The notes: generated from the letters alone by a model not told the origin. Shown: positions 14,261 to 30,381, numbered from the stretch's first letter. The stretch is DNA of 64,000 nucleotides from Piromyces finnis finn (GCA_002104945.1 MCFH01000010.1:124001-188000), one strand, 5' to 3'. Numbers and translations: made by a program.

Positions 14261-15099
14261 ATAATTTTTTCTTTTTTCAATATTAAAGTAATATTTTAGT
14301 AGTATTTTTATTTACTATTAATTAGTATCTGAAATATATATCCAAGCTAAACATTTATCTTCACTTAATACATTTTTGTATGCTTTTAATTGAATAATAC
14401 TCTTTCTTCTTTTTCTTGTTCATGTAAACATTTTAATCTATTATTTCTTTCCATAAGTATCTTTTTCTTTAAACTCAGTTCCTAATTCATAATATCAAAT
14501 TGAAGTATTACTCTATTATATTCAAATTATTTATAACTATATTAAAAACTTTCCATTAGCTTCAAGTGAAATAAATGATGATGGTGGCTAAGTTTAATAC
14601 TAATTAAAATTTGAAGCAAGTAATATTAAAAAAAAAAAAAAAAAAAAAAGAAAACGAAACAAAAGAAAAGAAACACTTTAAAAAAGGATGAAATGATTAT
14701 GCAAAGTTATTTAAAATATATATTTAAAATGTATGAATATATTAATAAGACATTTTATTTACTTTTTATAACCATTGATACATTAACACTAAAAATAGTT
14801 ATTTAACAAATACATATTTTTAATAATGGAAATAAAAAAGCAATTTAATTCTATATACAAATATTTGAATATTTATTATCATATCATTATTAATTCATTA
14901 ATAATTGTTTTAATTATATAATATATGTAATTAAAAAATCATTTATAACATACACAATATTTTTTTTTTTTAAATAAAGTTTTAAAATTTTGATAAAAAT
15001 GATTTGCTCAATCCTATAATAGAAATTTATTTTTTCTTTTCTCAAAGTTAAAATAAAAAAATAGAGAAAAAGTTGATAAATTGATAGGAAATAATAATG

Positions 15100-15870
15100 T
15101 AGTTAGTATCCATGAAGATGTTTTTTTAAAGAAATTTATAAAAAGAGAAATGAATTAAAGAAAAATCCATAAAAAGAAAAGAAAGAATTAACAGGAAAAT
15201 TTGAAGGATATAGTAATATAAGTGGGAAATTTAAAAGTGTACTAAATAAAGAGTATAATGAAAATAAATAATATGTAATAACAAATTATTATAGGAAAAG
15301 ATGGACGTAAATGGATGTACATTACAAAACCAAGAAAAATTTAGAAAATCATCAATAGCTTCAATAATACTTATTATAGTAAGGGAATATATGAAATATT
15401 TAATAAATTAAATGGTTCTGAAGGAAAAATTTTTGATGAAGAAAGATAAGAATTAGAAATAAAAGACTATGAAAATTCCAGAAATAGTATCATACTTTAT
15501 ATTTTGATTTCTCTGATGAAGACAATGAATATGGTTATTTTCATGAATATTTAAATTGTTTATTTGATAGTTTGGTAGAAGACATTAAAGATATATAATT
15601 ATTAAAAGATCATAAGGATAAGAACAGTATAAGTCTAATATTGCAGGAAACAAATAAGAAAAGAATAAATTAAAATATGATGACTTAGAAGAGGTAAATC
15701 ATAATAAAAAATTATTGGACAGAAATAGAACATTCTAAAGAAGTATCAAGAATATTTAACTTTGATATAAATGACGTAAATGATAATATTTTAGTATCAG
15801 TTATAATGAGAATTAGAGAAATATAGAACAGAAGATATAAAAAAGGACCTAGAAGAAACAAACATATTAT
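15100..15870 (+). pseudogene. Degraded purine-rich coding relic (possible decayed transposon or viral gene)
   Basis: Codon-like stretches (IIGKDGRKWMYITKPR; FDFSDEDNEYGYFHEYLNCLFDSLVEDIKD) are broken by stops and frameshifts. The family was not recognised. Confidence 0.35.
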
Positions 15871-16721
15871 TTTAATTTAATGTTATCCTTTTCTTATTTT
15901 ATTATATTTTATTATATTTATCAAGTTATAAGATAGGAATATATCATGCTATATGATTTGCAATATTCATCAAATAGTTAAACAATTCAATTTTTTTTTT
16001 TTCTTTTTCTTTTGTTTTTAAATTGTACCACTATTATTTATTATTAATTTCCTTGAATTATAAAATAACATCATATAAACTCTGTAATATAAAATAATAT
16101 ATCATACGCATATGCATCCAATTTTACGTATAAATGAAATAATGATTATATATAAAAATATTATAAATTTTAGGAAAGTATAACATGTATATATTATATG
16201 TATATATATTTTATTTTGTTTTATTTATCTAATTTAGAGGCTTTTGATAATATATTTAATAAAAAAGTTTTATTTATTATTTTAATTTTTTTTTTTTTTT
16301 CTTAAATAAAGTTGAATTGTGTAGTAAAATAAATAAACATATATGAAATGTACGTATTAAATTATTATTTTCAAGTTTCTAGTGAAATAAATCCATTAGT
16401 ATTATAATTTTATTTAAACGATATGCTTTAATTTTTTATGTTTAAAAAAAAAAAAAGAATAATTACAGTAGTATATTTATACAATTAATAATAGTATTGA
16501 TAATAATAATAATAGTAATAATGATAATAAAAGTATTAAAAGGTTATTGAATCATTGTTTATAAACTTAAATATTTTAAAATTTTCAAACTCATTACTAT
16601 TTATTGAAAAAAGTAACTTTTTTTTTTTTTAACTATATTACTTTTTTTTTTCTTTTCTAAATATATATACACTACTTTATTATTCTTATCATTTATCTAT
16701 CATTTATCTATTTTGTAGTTT

Positions 16722-16766
<45 letters not shown>

Positions 16767-16844
16767 TTGGTTTATTTAGAATATTTATATTAGATATTGA
16801 AGATTTCCAGAGTAATTAAGAATTTATAATTAAAAGTTATATAA

Positions 16845-17788
16845 TTATTTTAAATTGTAATTAACTGGAAGTATTGGATTTGCCTGAACTAAACTCCAAT
16901 CAATGCTTTCATCTTCTTCAACATCTATTTGTCCTACTATTGCTCTATTAATATTTAATTGAAATTAAAAATTGAAATCCATTTTAATTTTTATTTTTGT
17001 TATTATCATAAATTTAGTTTTTTCGATATAAATATATTATTATTATTATTGTTTTTTAAAAATAATTAATAATAATATATAAAAATATTATAATATAAAA
17101 AAAAGATTAATGATTAATGGATTATATATTGCTTTGAAATTATATTATATGATAATTAAAAGAATTTATTAAATTTATAATGATTATTTCTATATCAGAT
17201 TTAATTAGTTAAAATCATACATGTTATCTCCACGAATAATATGTAAACCTAATTCACTACTTTCGACACCTTCGGTTGGTCTAAATATTCTTTCGACAGA
17301 ATGTTCAAGTATTATATTTGTTGCTTGGTCATATCCTTTTAATACGCCCTATTTTAATGAATTTATTGATTAAATGTGATAAAATTATATATATATGATT
17401 TAAAATGTAAGTTATATATTTGATAAAGAATAAAGTGATGAAAAATGATAATTTATTAGTTTTGAATATTTAATATTTAAAAGTTTAATTCCTGTTCCAT
17501 TTATTCACTTACAATAATAACTCTTCCATCATTGGTAATAACAGAAATATGTTCTATTAATTGAAATTATATAAATTGAATGAAATAAAAATGCCAATAT
17601 TATTTAAATAGGTTTTAATTCCATTATAATTATTATCATCATTGTTTGGTTTGTAATAATATATAAAAAGACATTATTATTAGTTATATTATTTTTCCAT
17701 TAAAAAAGTAAACTTTCATTTAATAATTGCTTAAAAATAATATATATATATAAATCTTACGATCTACGTAATCTTGTAAATTGGCCAT
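16845..17788 (-). CDS. LSM8: U6 snRNA-associated Sm-like protein Lsm8, 98 aa; exons 17788-17761, 17553-17513, 17348-17221, 16944-16845
   Basis: Not in the ORF track. Spliced translation: MANLQDYVDQHISVITNDGRVIIGVLKGYDQATNIILEHSVERIFRPTEGVESSELGLHIIRGDNIAIVGQIDVEEDESIDWSLVQANPILPVNYNLK*. It has Sm1/Sm2 motifs and the Lsm8-type C-terminus. Confidence 0.93.
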
Positions 17789-19639
17789 TCTTTATATAGT
17801 AATTTTAAATTATTAAAATGTGTAGATTATCAATAGTTTTTATATATATATATATTTAATATGATTTTTATTGATAATAAATTAAATTAAATTATTTTAT
17901 ATTTTTATAATAATGGTATTTAAATATTTAAATCAAATGTTTTCAACAATAAATAACTAAATAAATATTTAATTTTATTTTATTTTTTAAAATTTCAATT
18001 TCTTTTTGATATTATATAAAATACTTTAATTTTTTTTTTAATTTAAAAAAATTTCTTCTTATTTTCTTTCTTTCTTTTTTTTTTTTTATGCTGTACTTCT
18101 TGGTAAAAAAAATTTTTTTTTTTACCTAAAAGAGTTTTAGGATTATATTACATTTTGTAATGGAGATAATACATTAATGTAATAAAAAAATTATTTTTTT
18201 AAAGATAAAATTATTTTTATATATATAAAATTATATATACTATAAATATTTATAACTAATTAAAAAAAAAAAAAAAAGTAAATATAAAATAAATGATTAT
18301 ATATGAATATTATTATTAAAAAATAATAAATGAATTATAGATTTGTATCTTTAATAAGAGAATTAGAAAGAATATGAAAATATCAAATTTTTTGAATATA
18401 TATTCCTCCAAAAGAAAAATGATGATAAATTATAATTAAAATACTTTTTTATTTTCTAATAGTCATATTTAGTTATTATTAATTAGTAATTATACTTTTT
18501 TTTTTATTATATTTAAATCTATTTCTAAAATTATTTTTTATTATAATATAATATATTTATATATTAATTTAAATATTTTAATTATTTAATTATATTATTA
18601 TTTATTACATTATTTTTAATTTTTGAAAAAATAATAGATATCACTATCACTTATTGAACATATTTAATATTAATTTAAAAGAATAAATTGAAAGAAAAAA
18701 AAAAAAAAACAAATACTGTTATTAATAATAAATAATATATGTTATAATACTATTTTCTTTTATAGGGAATAATATAAAAATAGTTAAAAAAAATTAAAAT
18801 TTAAAAATCAAATATTTTATAATTTGAAATCTATTCTATATTACATATTTTATTTTATTCATACGATATAACATAAATTTGTCATATTATTATTATTATT
18901 ATTATTAAAACCAGAGTATATTTTATTTATATGCACTAAAAGGATAATACATTACGATAAACATGAGTATTACTTTTATCATTTTAGAGTAAAATTGTCA
19001 TTTTAATATTAATTTTAATAATTTTACTTACATTTATGCACAAATATCAACCAGTTACATACAAGCCAAAGTAATACACAAATTATAATTCAATTAAAAA
19101 ATAAATGAATAAAATAATAATATAAAAAAAAACAACATGTCATAATTTTTGAAATTTTTTTATTTATATATAATCAAATAAAAACCTTTTTTTTTTTAAT
19201 GGATAAATATATAAATACTTTTTTTCTTTCCCATTTTTTTATAAGTGATTTATAATATCATATTGTATACAATTCTCATTCTCTTCTTCCTTCTTCATAT
19301 ATCTTCGGTTGAATAGAGAATACCTTTATAATTTTTCAACTTTTATAGAAAAAATAAAATAAAAAATAGAACAAAATAAATCATTTTTAATATAAAAGAT
19401 ATTTCTTTTCATCATAATAAATAAGAAACGCTAGTAATTTTTCGAAAACATAATTATATAATCATATATATATCAATAATTTCTTTCAATAATTCCAACA
19501 TTATTTTTCCAATATCGTTATAATTCATTTTGGTATATTGTTATATATATATATATATACATTTATATAAAGAAAAAATTTTGTAAAACAAGTATAGAAT
19601 TTTAAAGAAATTAAATTGAATAATATACATTATCCTATA

Positions 19640-22600
19640 ATGGAATCTACAAATAAAAATAAAGATTATTCCTTTAATATACCTTCAAAAAAGAGAAAAA
19701 AGAGTAAAAGTGAATCAGACACTCTATTTGCTAGTACAACAGCACAAGGTATAATAATAATATTCTAAAAATCTAAAAGTATTATATATACTTTATATAA
19801 TAATAATAAAGTACATGTATTATAATAAATTAATTTTTCATCATTATATTATTTATTCATATCTGTATTATATATCAAAATTTCTTATGATATCTATTAT
19901 ATTTTTTTATTTAACTTTTAATACCAAAAATTTTTATATAAAATATATTGCAAATTTATTATTGCGAAAATGTATTTTATAAAAATATTTTTTTGATTTA
20001 AATAAAGATAATGCAACTATAAATTTTCTAAATCCAAACAGCTTATTATTAAATTCAATAGATAGTTTAAATGACAATTCAAATAAAATAGGAACAAAAA
20101 CTGATATATTACCTCATGGTTTAAATAATATTGATTCAGTAGATAATACACTTACTCAAGCCTTTGCTCAACAACAGCTAGCAGCACTGCAATCTCAATT
20201 ATCATTAACAGGACAGGAGAGTTTATTTGCTCATGAACAACCAGATGAAACAAATATTTCACCATTATCACATATATTACCAGAATATTCAACATCAACG
20301 TCTCTGCCGACAACAACTACTAATACTACCCCTTCATCAAATTCATTAGATATTCAAAATGCGTATTTAAATATGTTAAATTATTATTCTCAACAAATGT
20401 CCTATCCTAAAACTCAAACTACAACGTCAGCAGCCGCCTCAACACCAGATAATCTTGTGGCAATATTACCAATAACACAACCTTCTAATACTACTTCCAC
20501 ATTTACCAATCCTAATGATACACCTATAAATAGTCAAAGTCATCATGATAATCAAGATAATCATGATACTACTATGACTACTAATACTACTACTAAAGCT
20601 ACTACAGCTAATACCACTACAACTACTATTACTAATGATAATAATAATAATCATACTAGTAATAATAATAACACTAATAGTAATATACTAAATTATCAAC
20701 AACAACTTCTAACTTTGTTACAACAACAACAACAACAACTTCAATTACAACAACTTGAGGCCAATCCTATAGATGAAAGTAGTCTATTAAATTTATCAAA
20801 TCAAAATAATTCCGTACCTACATCATCAAATCATACTACAATTCCACCTACTACCTCTGTTTCTCTTATATCAAATTTACTATCTTCTACTCCTCTATCA
20901 TCAGTAGCCTCAACGCCTCTAGCTTCTAGTGAAGTTTCTTCCACTTCAAATATTTCTAATCTTTCTACTACAGATATAAAATTTTCACCCGATTCAAAAG
21001 AACCACCAGAAGCATTCCCTCAAAAAGAGAATAAAAAATCGGAAACCCCTCTATCTAATTCAATTGATTATACCACAGCTAATGCTGAAGCTCTTAGTCA
21101 AATATTAGGTATTCCTAAAAAGGAAATTCCTGAGATGATGGCGTCTCTAGAGAAATCATTAGAAAAAAATAACCCTACTACCACTGAAACTATCTCAATA
21201 TTTCCTAAAAAAAGTGATACTTTAGACGACAAAAAAGAAGAAATAAAGATATCTGAATCAAAAGAAAAAGAACCCACTAAAACAGAAACAAAATCTATGA
21301 ATCCAATATCATCAACAAAAAAATTGAAAGAGAAATTAGAATTAGAATTAAAAGCCAGTAAGTTAAATGATAAAAAAAATATATAAGTATTATTATTATT
21401 CATAAAAGCATAAAAAAATACAATACATTTTATATTTTTCTTTTTGTTAAAATCTATTATTAACATAATATATATTTATATTTTCTTCCATAATCTAAAG
21501 AATCAACAACCAATACAACAGAACCAACTTCAACGCCTATTCCTATCGCCCCTCAATTATCAACAGATCCATCTACAAATCCTTTATTTAATCCACAACT
21601 TTCACTTCAAGATCAACTCACAACAAATACCCAAGCTCAAGAATTACTAAATAGTGCAGCTTCTGGGCAGATACCAGCACTTCCTCTGGCACAATTAACT
21701 CAATTACAACAACTTCAACTTCAACAGTCAACACAACAACTATTATTACATCAACTTTCACAGATGCCTCAACAACAACAACTTTTAATGCAACATTTAT
21801 TTCAACTACCGCAACAACAACTTCTTTTCCAGCAACTCTCTCAATTACAACCTCAACAACAAATGCTTTTTTTGCTTCAGTTACAACAACAACAACAGCT
21901 TCAAAGTCAATTAGCTGGACTTCCTTTAGATGAAGAAAAATTAAAACAATCTCTTTTTGATCCTAATGTTTTACAAACATTAATGCAATCCTTAGCTTAT
22001 TCTTATCAAGCAACCTCAATGTTTCCATTTTTAACGCAACAATTTGGTATGGGGTTAGGGTTAAATCTAGGAAATGATGCTTTAAATGCAGCAGCTCTCT
22101 ATAATGCAGCAGCTCAAGCAAATAACTTTTTTTTAAATAAAAAAACACCCATTATGATGGATACGAGCAATTCTTCTTCATTACTTCATCATACCACAGG
22201 TATGTCTTCATCATTAAAATGCCCTGAACCTAATTGTAATAAAGTATTTACCCGTGCCTATAATTTAAAATCACACCAACTTTCTCATTCTGGTGTTCGT
22301 CCTTATCAATGCAGGTAAATAAATATATCATTTTAACAAATTTTTTATTTCATTCATTCCTTCAAAAAATTAATGAAAAATATATATTTTTTGTAATAAT
22401 ATATATGTATATATATGTATATAAAAAAATTAGTACATGTCAAACATCATTTGTAAGAAAACATGATTTAAAACGGCATGAACGATTACATTCTGGTATA
22501 AAGCCTTATGTATGTGAAATTTGTAAACGAGGATTTTATCGAAGTGATGCTTTGGCTAGACATGAACGTTCAGGTACTTGTAGTGGTTCACATCATCATA

Positions 22601-22833
22601 ACAATACCAATACCAATACTAACCCAACTAGTTCTAAAGCATCAAAATCTAGTCTAATGACGAAAACACAATCTTTACCATCCCTTTCTAGTGCTAATTT
22701 TAATTTAGGACAACAACAAGCTTATTCTTCACCAAAAATCAGTTCTCCACTAGTATCCACCTCTGGAAAAACAACAATAAATCAAAGTTCAAATCTTTCT
22801 AAAACAACTACTCCACCAAAGATACCAAAATAA
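19640..22833 (+). CDS. C2H2 zinc-finger transcription factor, Crz1-type finger array with long Q/T/N-rich N-terminus; exons 19640-19748, 20008-21357, 21501-22314, 22434-22833
   Basis: Three fingers: CPEPNCNKVFTRAYNLKSHQLSH-SGVRPYQ-CSTCQTSFVRKHDLKRHERLH-SGIKPYV-CEICKRGFYRSDALARH. The FTRAYNL and R-S/A-DAL-x-RH signatures match fungal Crz1-like factors, but orthology is not established. The introns are phase-compatible. Confidence 0.85.
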
Positions 22834-23089
22834 ATTTAATAAACATACTATATAATATCATACCAATAAATAGGAATTTATTTTATATTGACTATTTAAA
22901 AACTTAATTTAATATAACAATTACTTGTGACTTATACTACTACTACTACTACTAATAATAAAATAATAAAATAATAATAAATTTATCTTTTTTTTTTTTT
23001 ATAAGAATATATGTTGTATTATTATTATTTTTTATAAAGAGCTTCACTAAAAAAGAATATGAATTACAGTAATTATGGTTATATTATTC

Positions 23090-23120
<31 letters not shown>

Positions 23121-26070
23121 TTTGGGGATGATAATATTAACTTATTTAGTTATTTAGTATATAGATGTCAATAAAAATGACAATTAGTAATATCAATTTT
23201 GAACTTTTGTAGATAAAACTTTAATATATATATTTTTTATATTATTTAATATATAAAAATACAATATATACTAAACAAATATGTTGATAGTTATTATTTT
23301 ATTTATTTATCGCACCTTATACTATATTAAACTATTTTTATTTTTGTTAAACTTTTTTTTTTTTAAAAATTTAATTGATATAAATTTTAAAATTTTTTAA
23401 CAAATTCTCCATTCAATTAATCTTTTTTTTTTTACCATAAAATTTAATTTTTTTATTTTTTTATATACTTTGGAACTTTTAAAAAAATTTTCTTGTCATT
23501 AAATTCCCATTTATTTTTATAAACACTGAATAAGTGTCATTTTCATTGCTCATCTTTCAAAATAATAATAATTAATAATGATAATAATATACACAAATAA
23601 TAACAGTAATAACAATAATAATAATAATAATAATAATAATTATTATTATTATAAATATATGATTATAAATATTTTTTTTTTGTTAAATCCATTTTAAAAT
23701 AATTAATATATATATATTTAATAGATAAATTAATTTTTTGAAATTTGATATTCCAATAATAATGTCAAAATGCCTATATTGAAAAAGAAATCTTAAACTA
23801 TCGATTAAGATGAATACCTTTATACTCTTAACCTCTATATAATAATAGTAATAATAAAAACAGTAATAAAAATAAGTGTTGAATTTATTTTAAAATAAAT
23901 TAAAAAATAAAAACAAAGGTGATTATTTAAAATAACATTATCATTATTACTTATTTATAAAGTGACTATAATGACATTCATGGTGACTTCTAATACTCTT
24001 TTTTAAAAAAAAAAAAATAATAATAATAAGGTTTAAATTTAATTTTAATTTTGTATTTTTTAAGTAATTTTTTTTAACTATTTTAAAATGATAATTTTAA
24101 AAATATTTTGAATATGATTGGATAAAAATAATTTTATCTTTTATTTCATTGGTTAAAAATATAATTTTAAAAATTTCAATAAATGTTAAAATAGTTTTTT
24201 TAAAATTTATTTTATTAAATGTATCAAATATATTTAAATTATCATTAATATATGAATAATATATATTAGTCAATATGATTTATAATAGAAATGTATTGTT
24301 AGTATAATAGTCTAATGTATTGATTATATAATAACTTTATTTTAAAATATTAAATTGAGTACAATTAGAAATGATTTAGGCGTATGTTTGTTGTGGTAAG
24401 GTGGTGATGTGGTTATGAAAAAAAAAAAAGAAAAAAAGCTTTTGTATATACTAGTTTTTTATTATTTGGTCATCAGAAAAAAAAAAGAAAAGGATAGTAT
24501 GGCTAAATTGGATGATCTCAATAATAAATAATTAATAATAATAATAACAATATTATTATAACTACTATTACTATTGCTTTTTGTGATAAAGTATAAGAAG
24601 TAAATAAAATGAAAAATTAGCATTGAAAAATGCTCTTTTCACTATAATTCTTCAAACCATAGCATTATATTTATTTTTAAGTTCTTGTAATACAGTCATT
24701 TTTAATTTTTATAAAATATACTTTTTTATCCATTTATTTTAGAATGAAATTTAAATATATCTTTTCAATTTTATCTTCCTATACTATTAACTTTAAAAAT
24801 AAAAGGTATTCATTATAAATAAATTTACTACTTTTAATTTTATTTATTTTTAGTAATTTTTAATTATGTAAAAGAAACATCTTTTTTTTTTTTAATTAAT
24901 GATTAAAAAAGGCTTATTTTTTATTTAAATATAATAAGATTAGTTTTAATAGAACTAGAGATAAAAAGTTGTTGTTTTTAATTAATAATGGTGGAGCGAC
25001 AATAAATATATGATTTTATATATCAATGAATATGACTATTAAGTATATATTTGTCGTTAAATTATCAAGAAAAACAATATCTTAATATACTGCTGATTTA
25101 AAATATCCATGATTACATTATCTGAATATTATGAAAGACCACATGAAATCATCGGTTAAATATTTAATCCAACCGAGCAAAACTCACTCTATTTCAAACT
25201 ATTCTTGTTGTTGAAACAGCTGCAGCTGGGATTTAATTATGTTTAATGAAAATAATGAATATTAAAAAGTATTATTATTATTGGTTTTTTTTTTCTTTTT
25301 ATATTAGATAAGTAATAAAATTAAATTATAATTAATTGATTGATTTGGTTTTTATATTTATGTATATTATAATATACTATTCAATATAAATTATAATATA
25401 TTATTTAATTATAATTTTGTTTAATAAAATTATTCAACATTTCTATATATTAATTTTAATTTTTATCTTTTTTTTTTTTTATTTTTCCTCTGATGAATTA
25501 CGCATATATTATAATTACATATATTATCATTATATTAATTCAATATATTAATATATTTTCAATATATTTTTTTGAATTTTGAATTTTTTTTTATTATATT
25601 CATAATAATTTTTTTTTAACCTTGCTCTTTTACCTTTTTTTTTTTTATTTTAAAGTAAAAAAAAAAAAAATAATTAGAAAAGAAAAAAAATAGATTTAAA
25701 AATTTAATAATTTAATTAATTTACTATACCTTATTATTATATTATCTAATTATTAAACCAAACACTACAATACAATAAAAGAAAATATTGTTCTTAATAA
25801 TAGATTTTCTTTATTTTGAAAAAAAAAATAATAAAATTTCTTTCTTTCTTTCTTTCTTTTTTTTTTTTTTTTTGTATTAATGCTTAAAAAAGAGTAAATA
25901 TTATTATTTTATTTAATCTTTCATTATATACTTATAATATTCGATACTTTAAATGTTGATTGATAAAAAAATATGAAAATAAGGAGAAAATAAAGAATAG
26001 AATTCTTTAAAGAAAAAATATTTAATGATAAATATTTTTAATCATTAAATATATAAAAGCTTTTATATAT

Positions 26071-26121
<51 letters not shown>

Positions 26122-26600
26122 GAAAAACAATTTGCATGAGAATTATGAGATTTTATTATAATAATCATAATAAAAGAATATAAATAATAAAGAATGGTGT
26201 TAAATTAGAAAAATCTAATATAATGGCAATGGTTAAGAAAATTAAAAATATATACATATTAAAAATATATTAAAAAAAACCCGAAAGTTTTTTTTAGATA
26301 ATATATAAAGAGGAAATAGTATATTGAAATTAAAAGTAGATAATATTGTTAAGATCATTAAGAAGAATAATAGTCTTTTTAAAAATTCATAAATATAATT
26401 TTTTATATTTTAAATATAAATCATATTTAATGAAAAACTTTGAGTTTTATGATTTATTTTTCTATGAAAAATATAATTTAGATTATAATTATCATCAAAA
26501 TAAAAACTAAATAATTATTTCTTTCATTATATTCAATATTTAATATATATAGTATTTAAATATAGAAAAACATAAAAAAACAGTTATAAAATAAAATACA

Positions 26601-29535
26601 ATGGATAAACTCGATTTAACATCAAGTAGAGTTCGTAAGTATTTTTTTTCAATTCTAAAAAAAAAAGAGGTATATTTATTAATAAAAATTTACATAAAAT
26701 TTTATAGTCAAAGGCTCTATGAAATTTACTCCAAAGATTGGAGGGAAAAAAGATAAAACAAAAAAGACTAAAAAAAGTTCGAAGAGTGGAAATGCAGAGA
26801 GTCATAAAAAGATAATAAAAAAGAATGAAATGAAAAAATCTATGAATGAAACATCTACTAATAATGTTAATAATAAAATTGATTCCGTTACAAATACAGA
26901 ATCAAGTAAAGTTATTGAAAAAGAAAATATTTCAGAACTCGATGAAATTGTTAATACTAAAAGCATAACTGTTAATACTATCAGTAATAAAAGTCCAACT
27001 AAAAATAATATGCCTATTAATGAAACCTCAATAAAAACATCTATGGAAACTTCAATAAAAGTAACACCTCATCAAAATAAAGATGTACCGAAAGATAATA
27101 ATACAAAACAAACTGTATCATCAATAAGTAAAAATATAGATAATGATGTGATAAAAAATAATGTAACAGAAGACATAAAAGACAAAGAAAAAAATATACT
27201 GACAGATTTAAAGAATAAAAAAGAAATTAATAAAAGTGAAATAGAATATGAAGATGATACCATTAGTGAAATATCGGATGACTTTCTAAAAACAAGTACA
27301 TTAAATACACAAGATACTATAGAAGATAGTGCAACGGAAATGGAATTACCCCCAAAAGCAAAAACAAATAAAGATAATGAAGAAACATTAATAGAGGAAG
27401 CAGAAAGTTCAGATAATTTACATAAAGAATTATCAAGTGAATTAGCAGAAGAAACATTAATCATTGAAGATAGTCAACGAATATCAGAAACAGATGAAGA
27501 GGAAATTAAAAGAATTTCAAGAGCAAGTATAGAAGATGAAACTGTTGAAAAAATAATAGATGAAATTAAAAATAAGAGATTTAATAAGAGTAATAATCAA
27601 TATATAAAAAAATTGTTTTCTGAATTAATGAGTAATAGTAATGAATCAATAATAAAAAATAAAATAACTAAAGATAATGATGATAATTCAAAATCAATAT
27701 ATGAATTATTGGAACAAGAGGAATTTAATCAAAGTATTGATACTGAAATATATAATAAACCAATCAATAATGAAAATTCGGATATTCAGAAAATCGTAAA
27801 AGAAAAAGTAGCACCAAAAAGAAAAGTTGGTAGACCACCTAAAAGACCAAGAGGTAGAAAACCAGGTGCAAAAAAACAAGTTGAAGTTATTGTAATATCA
27901 GATGCTGAAAATAGTGATGATGAAACTCTTAGTTTAGCACAAAAGAGGACTTTAATTAAAAAAGAATTAGAAAAAGGATTACCTGTAAAAGTAAAACAAG
28001 AGAATGAAGAAAGTCCCGTAAAATCATCAAAAAGATCTAGTTCATCTATTGATAATCAAGAAAGTATTATAAGGCAAGCTAAACGTGCAAAAACTACAAA
28101 AAAGGTAAATAATGAATCAGCTGAAGTAGAAAGTCAAAATTCTGACGAAGAAAATGAAATTGAAGAAGAGAATATAAGGAATAGCGAAAAAGAGAAAAAA
28201 GCAAAAAAATCCAAAACTAATAAAGCTAAAATGACAAAAAATCAAAAAACTTCAAAATCAACAAAAACATCAAAAACCACAAAGAAAAGTAAAGCAACAA
28301 TTGATACTGAAGTTGAAAATGAAGATCCTGAATCTAACGAAATTAGTAAAAAGAAAAAAACTAATAATAAGAGAAAAGCATCATCTCCAATGAAAAAGAC
28401 AACGAAAAAGAAGAAAAATATTGAAGAAAGTAATCAAAATAGTAGTAGTAGTAGCGAAAACGAAGAATCAGATATAAGTATTTCATCTCGTACCATAGCT
28501 GATATTATTGATAATTATCGTGGAACTGAAATTAGTACAACGCAAAAAGAAATTTATCGTTTAGCAGCACTTAAAAGAAAAGCCACTCTTGACAGAAAAA
28601 GAGGAAGATTATCAACACCTAAAATTACTACACAAACTATTCCTGAAAAATCAAAAGAAGAAAAAACAGATGAAAAATTAAAAGTATATGATCCAGAAAA
28701 AAATAAAACAGCTATTCAAATGCGTGTAGTAAATGGTGAAATTGTTATTGATCAACAATCTACATTAATTGATCATATTGATACCACTGATGAAGCATTA
28801 CCAATGTTAAAATATGATGAAAACAATCACATTACTAGTGCTAGTTTTAAACCAAAATTAAAGCCATTAAAATGGTCCAAAGAAGAAACAGAATTGTTCT
28901 ATAAGGTAGTAAATAATATCTTATTCTATCTTTTATATATATATATTTTAAAAAAATAGTCTTATTTATTTAAATGATCAATCTTACTAAATTATATATA
29001 ATTTAAATAATTAGTGTTTATCAATATTTGGAACCAATTTCAGTATGCTAGCTATTATGTTCCCATCTAGAAATCGTAAACAATTACTTAATAAATATAA
29101 AAATGAAGAAAGAACACATCCAGGACATGTTCAATATGCATTAAAACATAAAATGGCATTAGGTAATTAAAATTAAATATATATATATATATAAAATAAA
29201 ATAAATAAAACATAAATTATGAAATAATATTAAAAAAAAAGTAATGCGATATAATATTAATAGAAATGAAATTTAAAATATATAAAATAATAAAATAAAA
29301 TATAATAGATCCTGAATTCTTTGAGAAATACTCCGGACACAATATGATGGAAATTGGTCGTGAAGCTGTTGAAGAAGTTAGATTAATAGAAGAGCAAAGA
29401 AAGAAAGAAGATTTGGAGTTATTTAATATTAGAAAGAGGGAAAATGATGATGAGATAAAAAGAGTTATTATAAAGAATGAAAAACTTTACGATAATAATG
29501 ATGTGAAAGATGTCAAACCAATTTTAGCAAATTAA
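26601..29535 (+). CDS. BDP1: TFIIIB B'' subunit Bdp1; exons 26601-26634, 26708-28905, 29015-29162, 29309-29535
   Basis: Bdp1 SANT-like domain across the splice: HITSASFKPKLKPLKWSKEETELFYK|CLSIFGTNFSMLAIMFPSRNRKQLLNKYKNEERTHP. Also QMRVVNGEIVIDQQS and an N-terminal SSRVLKGSMKFTPK. Confidence 0.9.
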
Positions 29536-30381
29536 ATATTATAAAATGTTTATTATTTATTAACATTATTTAAGTTTAACATTCAAAATATTAACAATTT
29601 TTTTATATTTTTTTTTAAAAATGAACAAAGAAGAAAGATTATACATATTTTTTAGATATTATCACTTTATAGAAGAAAATGATACCATATAATTATTCCT
29701 TTTTTTTTTTTTTTAATTTAATTTTAGAAACTTTATTAATTACAAAAAATTGAACTTTTATATATAAACAAAAAAAGCAAAAAAAAAAAAAAAGATTAAA
29801 ATGTATTTATTTATTTATCTTTTTATTTATTTATTTTTTTTATTTAATTAAATAAAATAAAATAAAAATAAATAAAGAAAAAAAAAGAATAAGTATATAA
29901 ATATTATTAGCCATTTCATATAAGAAAAATCATACCCAATTTAATAATAAATTTTAAACTATTATAGAAATTTTAAAATACAATATTTATATAAAAGATT
30001 ATAGAAATCCTTCCCACATTTTTTTTTTTTTATTATTATTATTAAAAGAAAAAAAAAAAAAAATTAAATTTTGTTATATATATATATTTTTTACTTTACA
30101 TTCAATAAAAAAATAAAAATAAAATTTAAAAATAAATAAATCCAATTTTTATATAAAAAATTTTTATATTTTATATTTTTATTTAATTATTTAAATCATA
30201 TATAAGTTTAATAGAATTGTTGATAATAGTAATGATGAAATATGAGGATTATGCTATTGCTAAGAAATTTGCTATAGAAATATGAAAATAATAATAAAAA
30301 TAAAAAAGAAATAAATTTAATAGAATAAAAAATTAAAAAACTAAATAAACCTATTGATAATAGTGGATTAAAATAAATTGA

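Noticed and set aside
25040-25235. GC-richer island with tcggtt/aaccga hairpin, cagctgcagctg palindrome and box C/D-like words
   Set aside because: There is no convincing box C at a terminus or terminal stem, no snRNA or tRNA signature, and all frames have stops. It may be a decayed fragment (as may 24610-24700), but no call is supportable.
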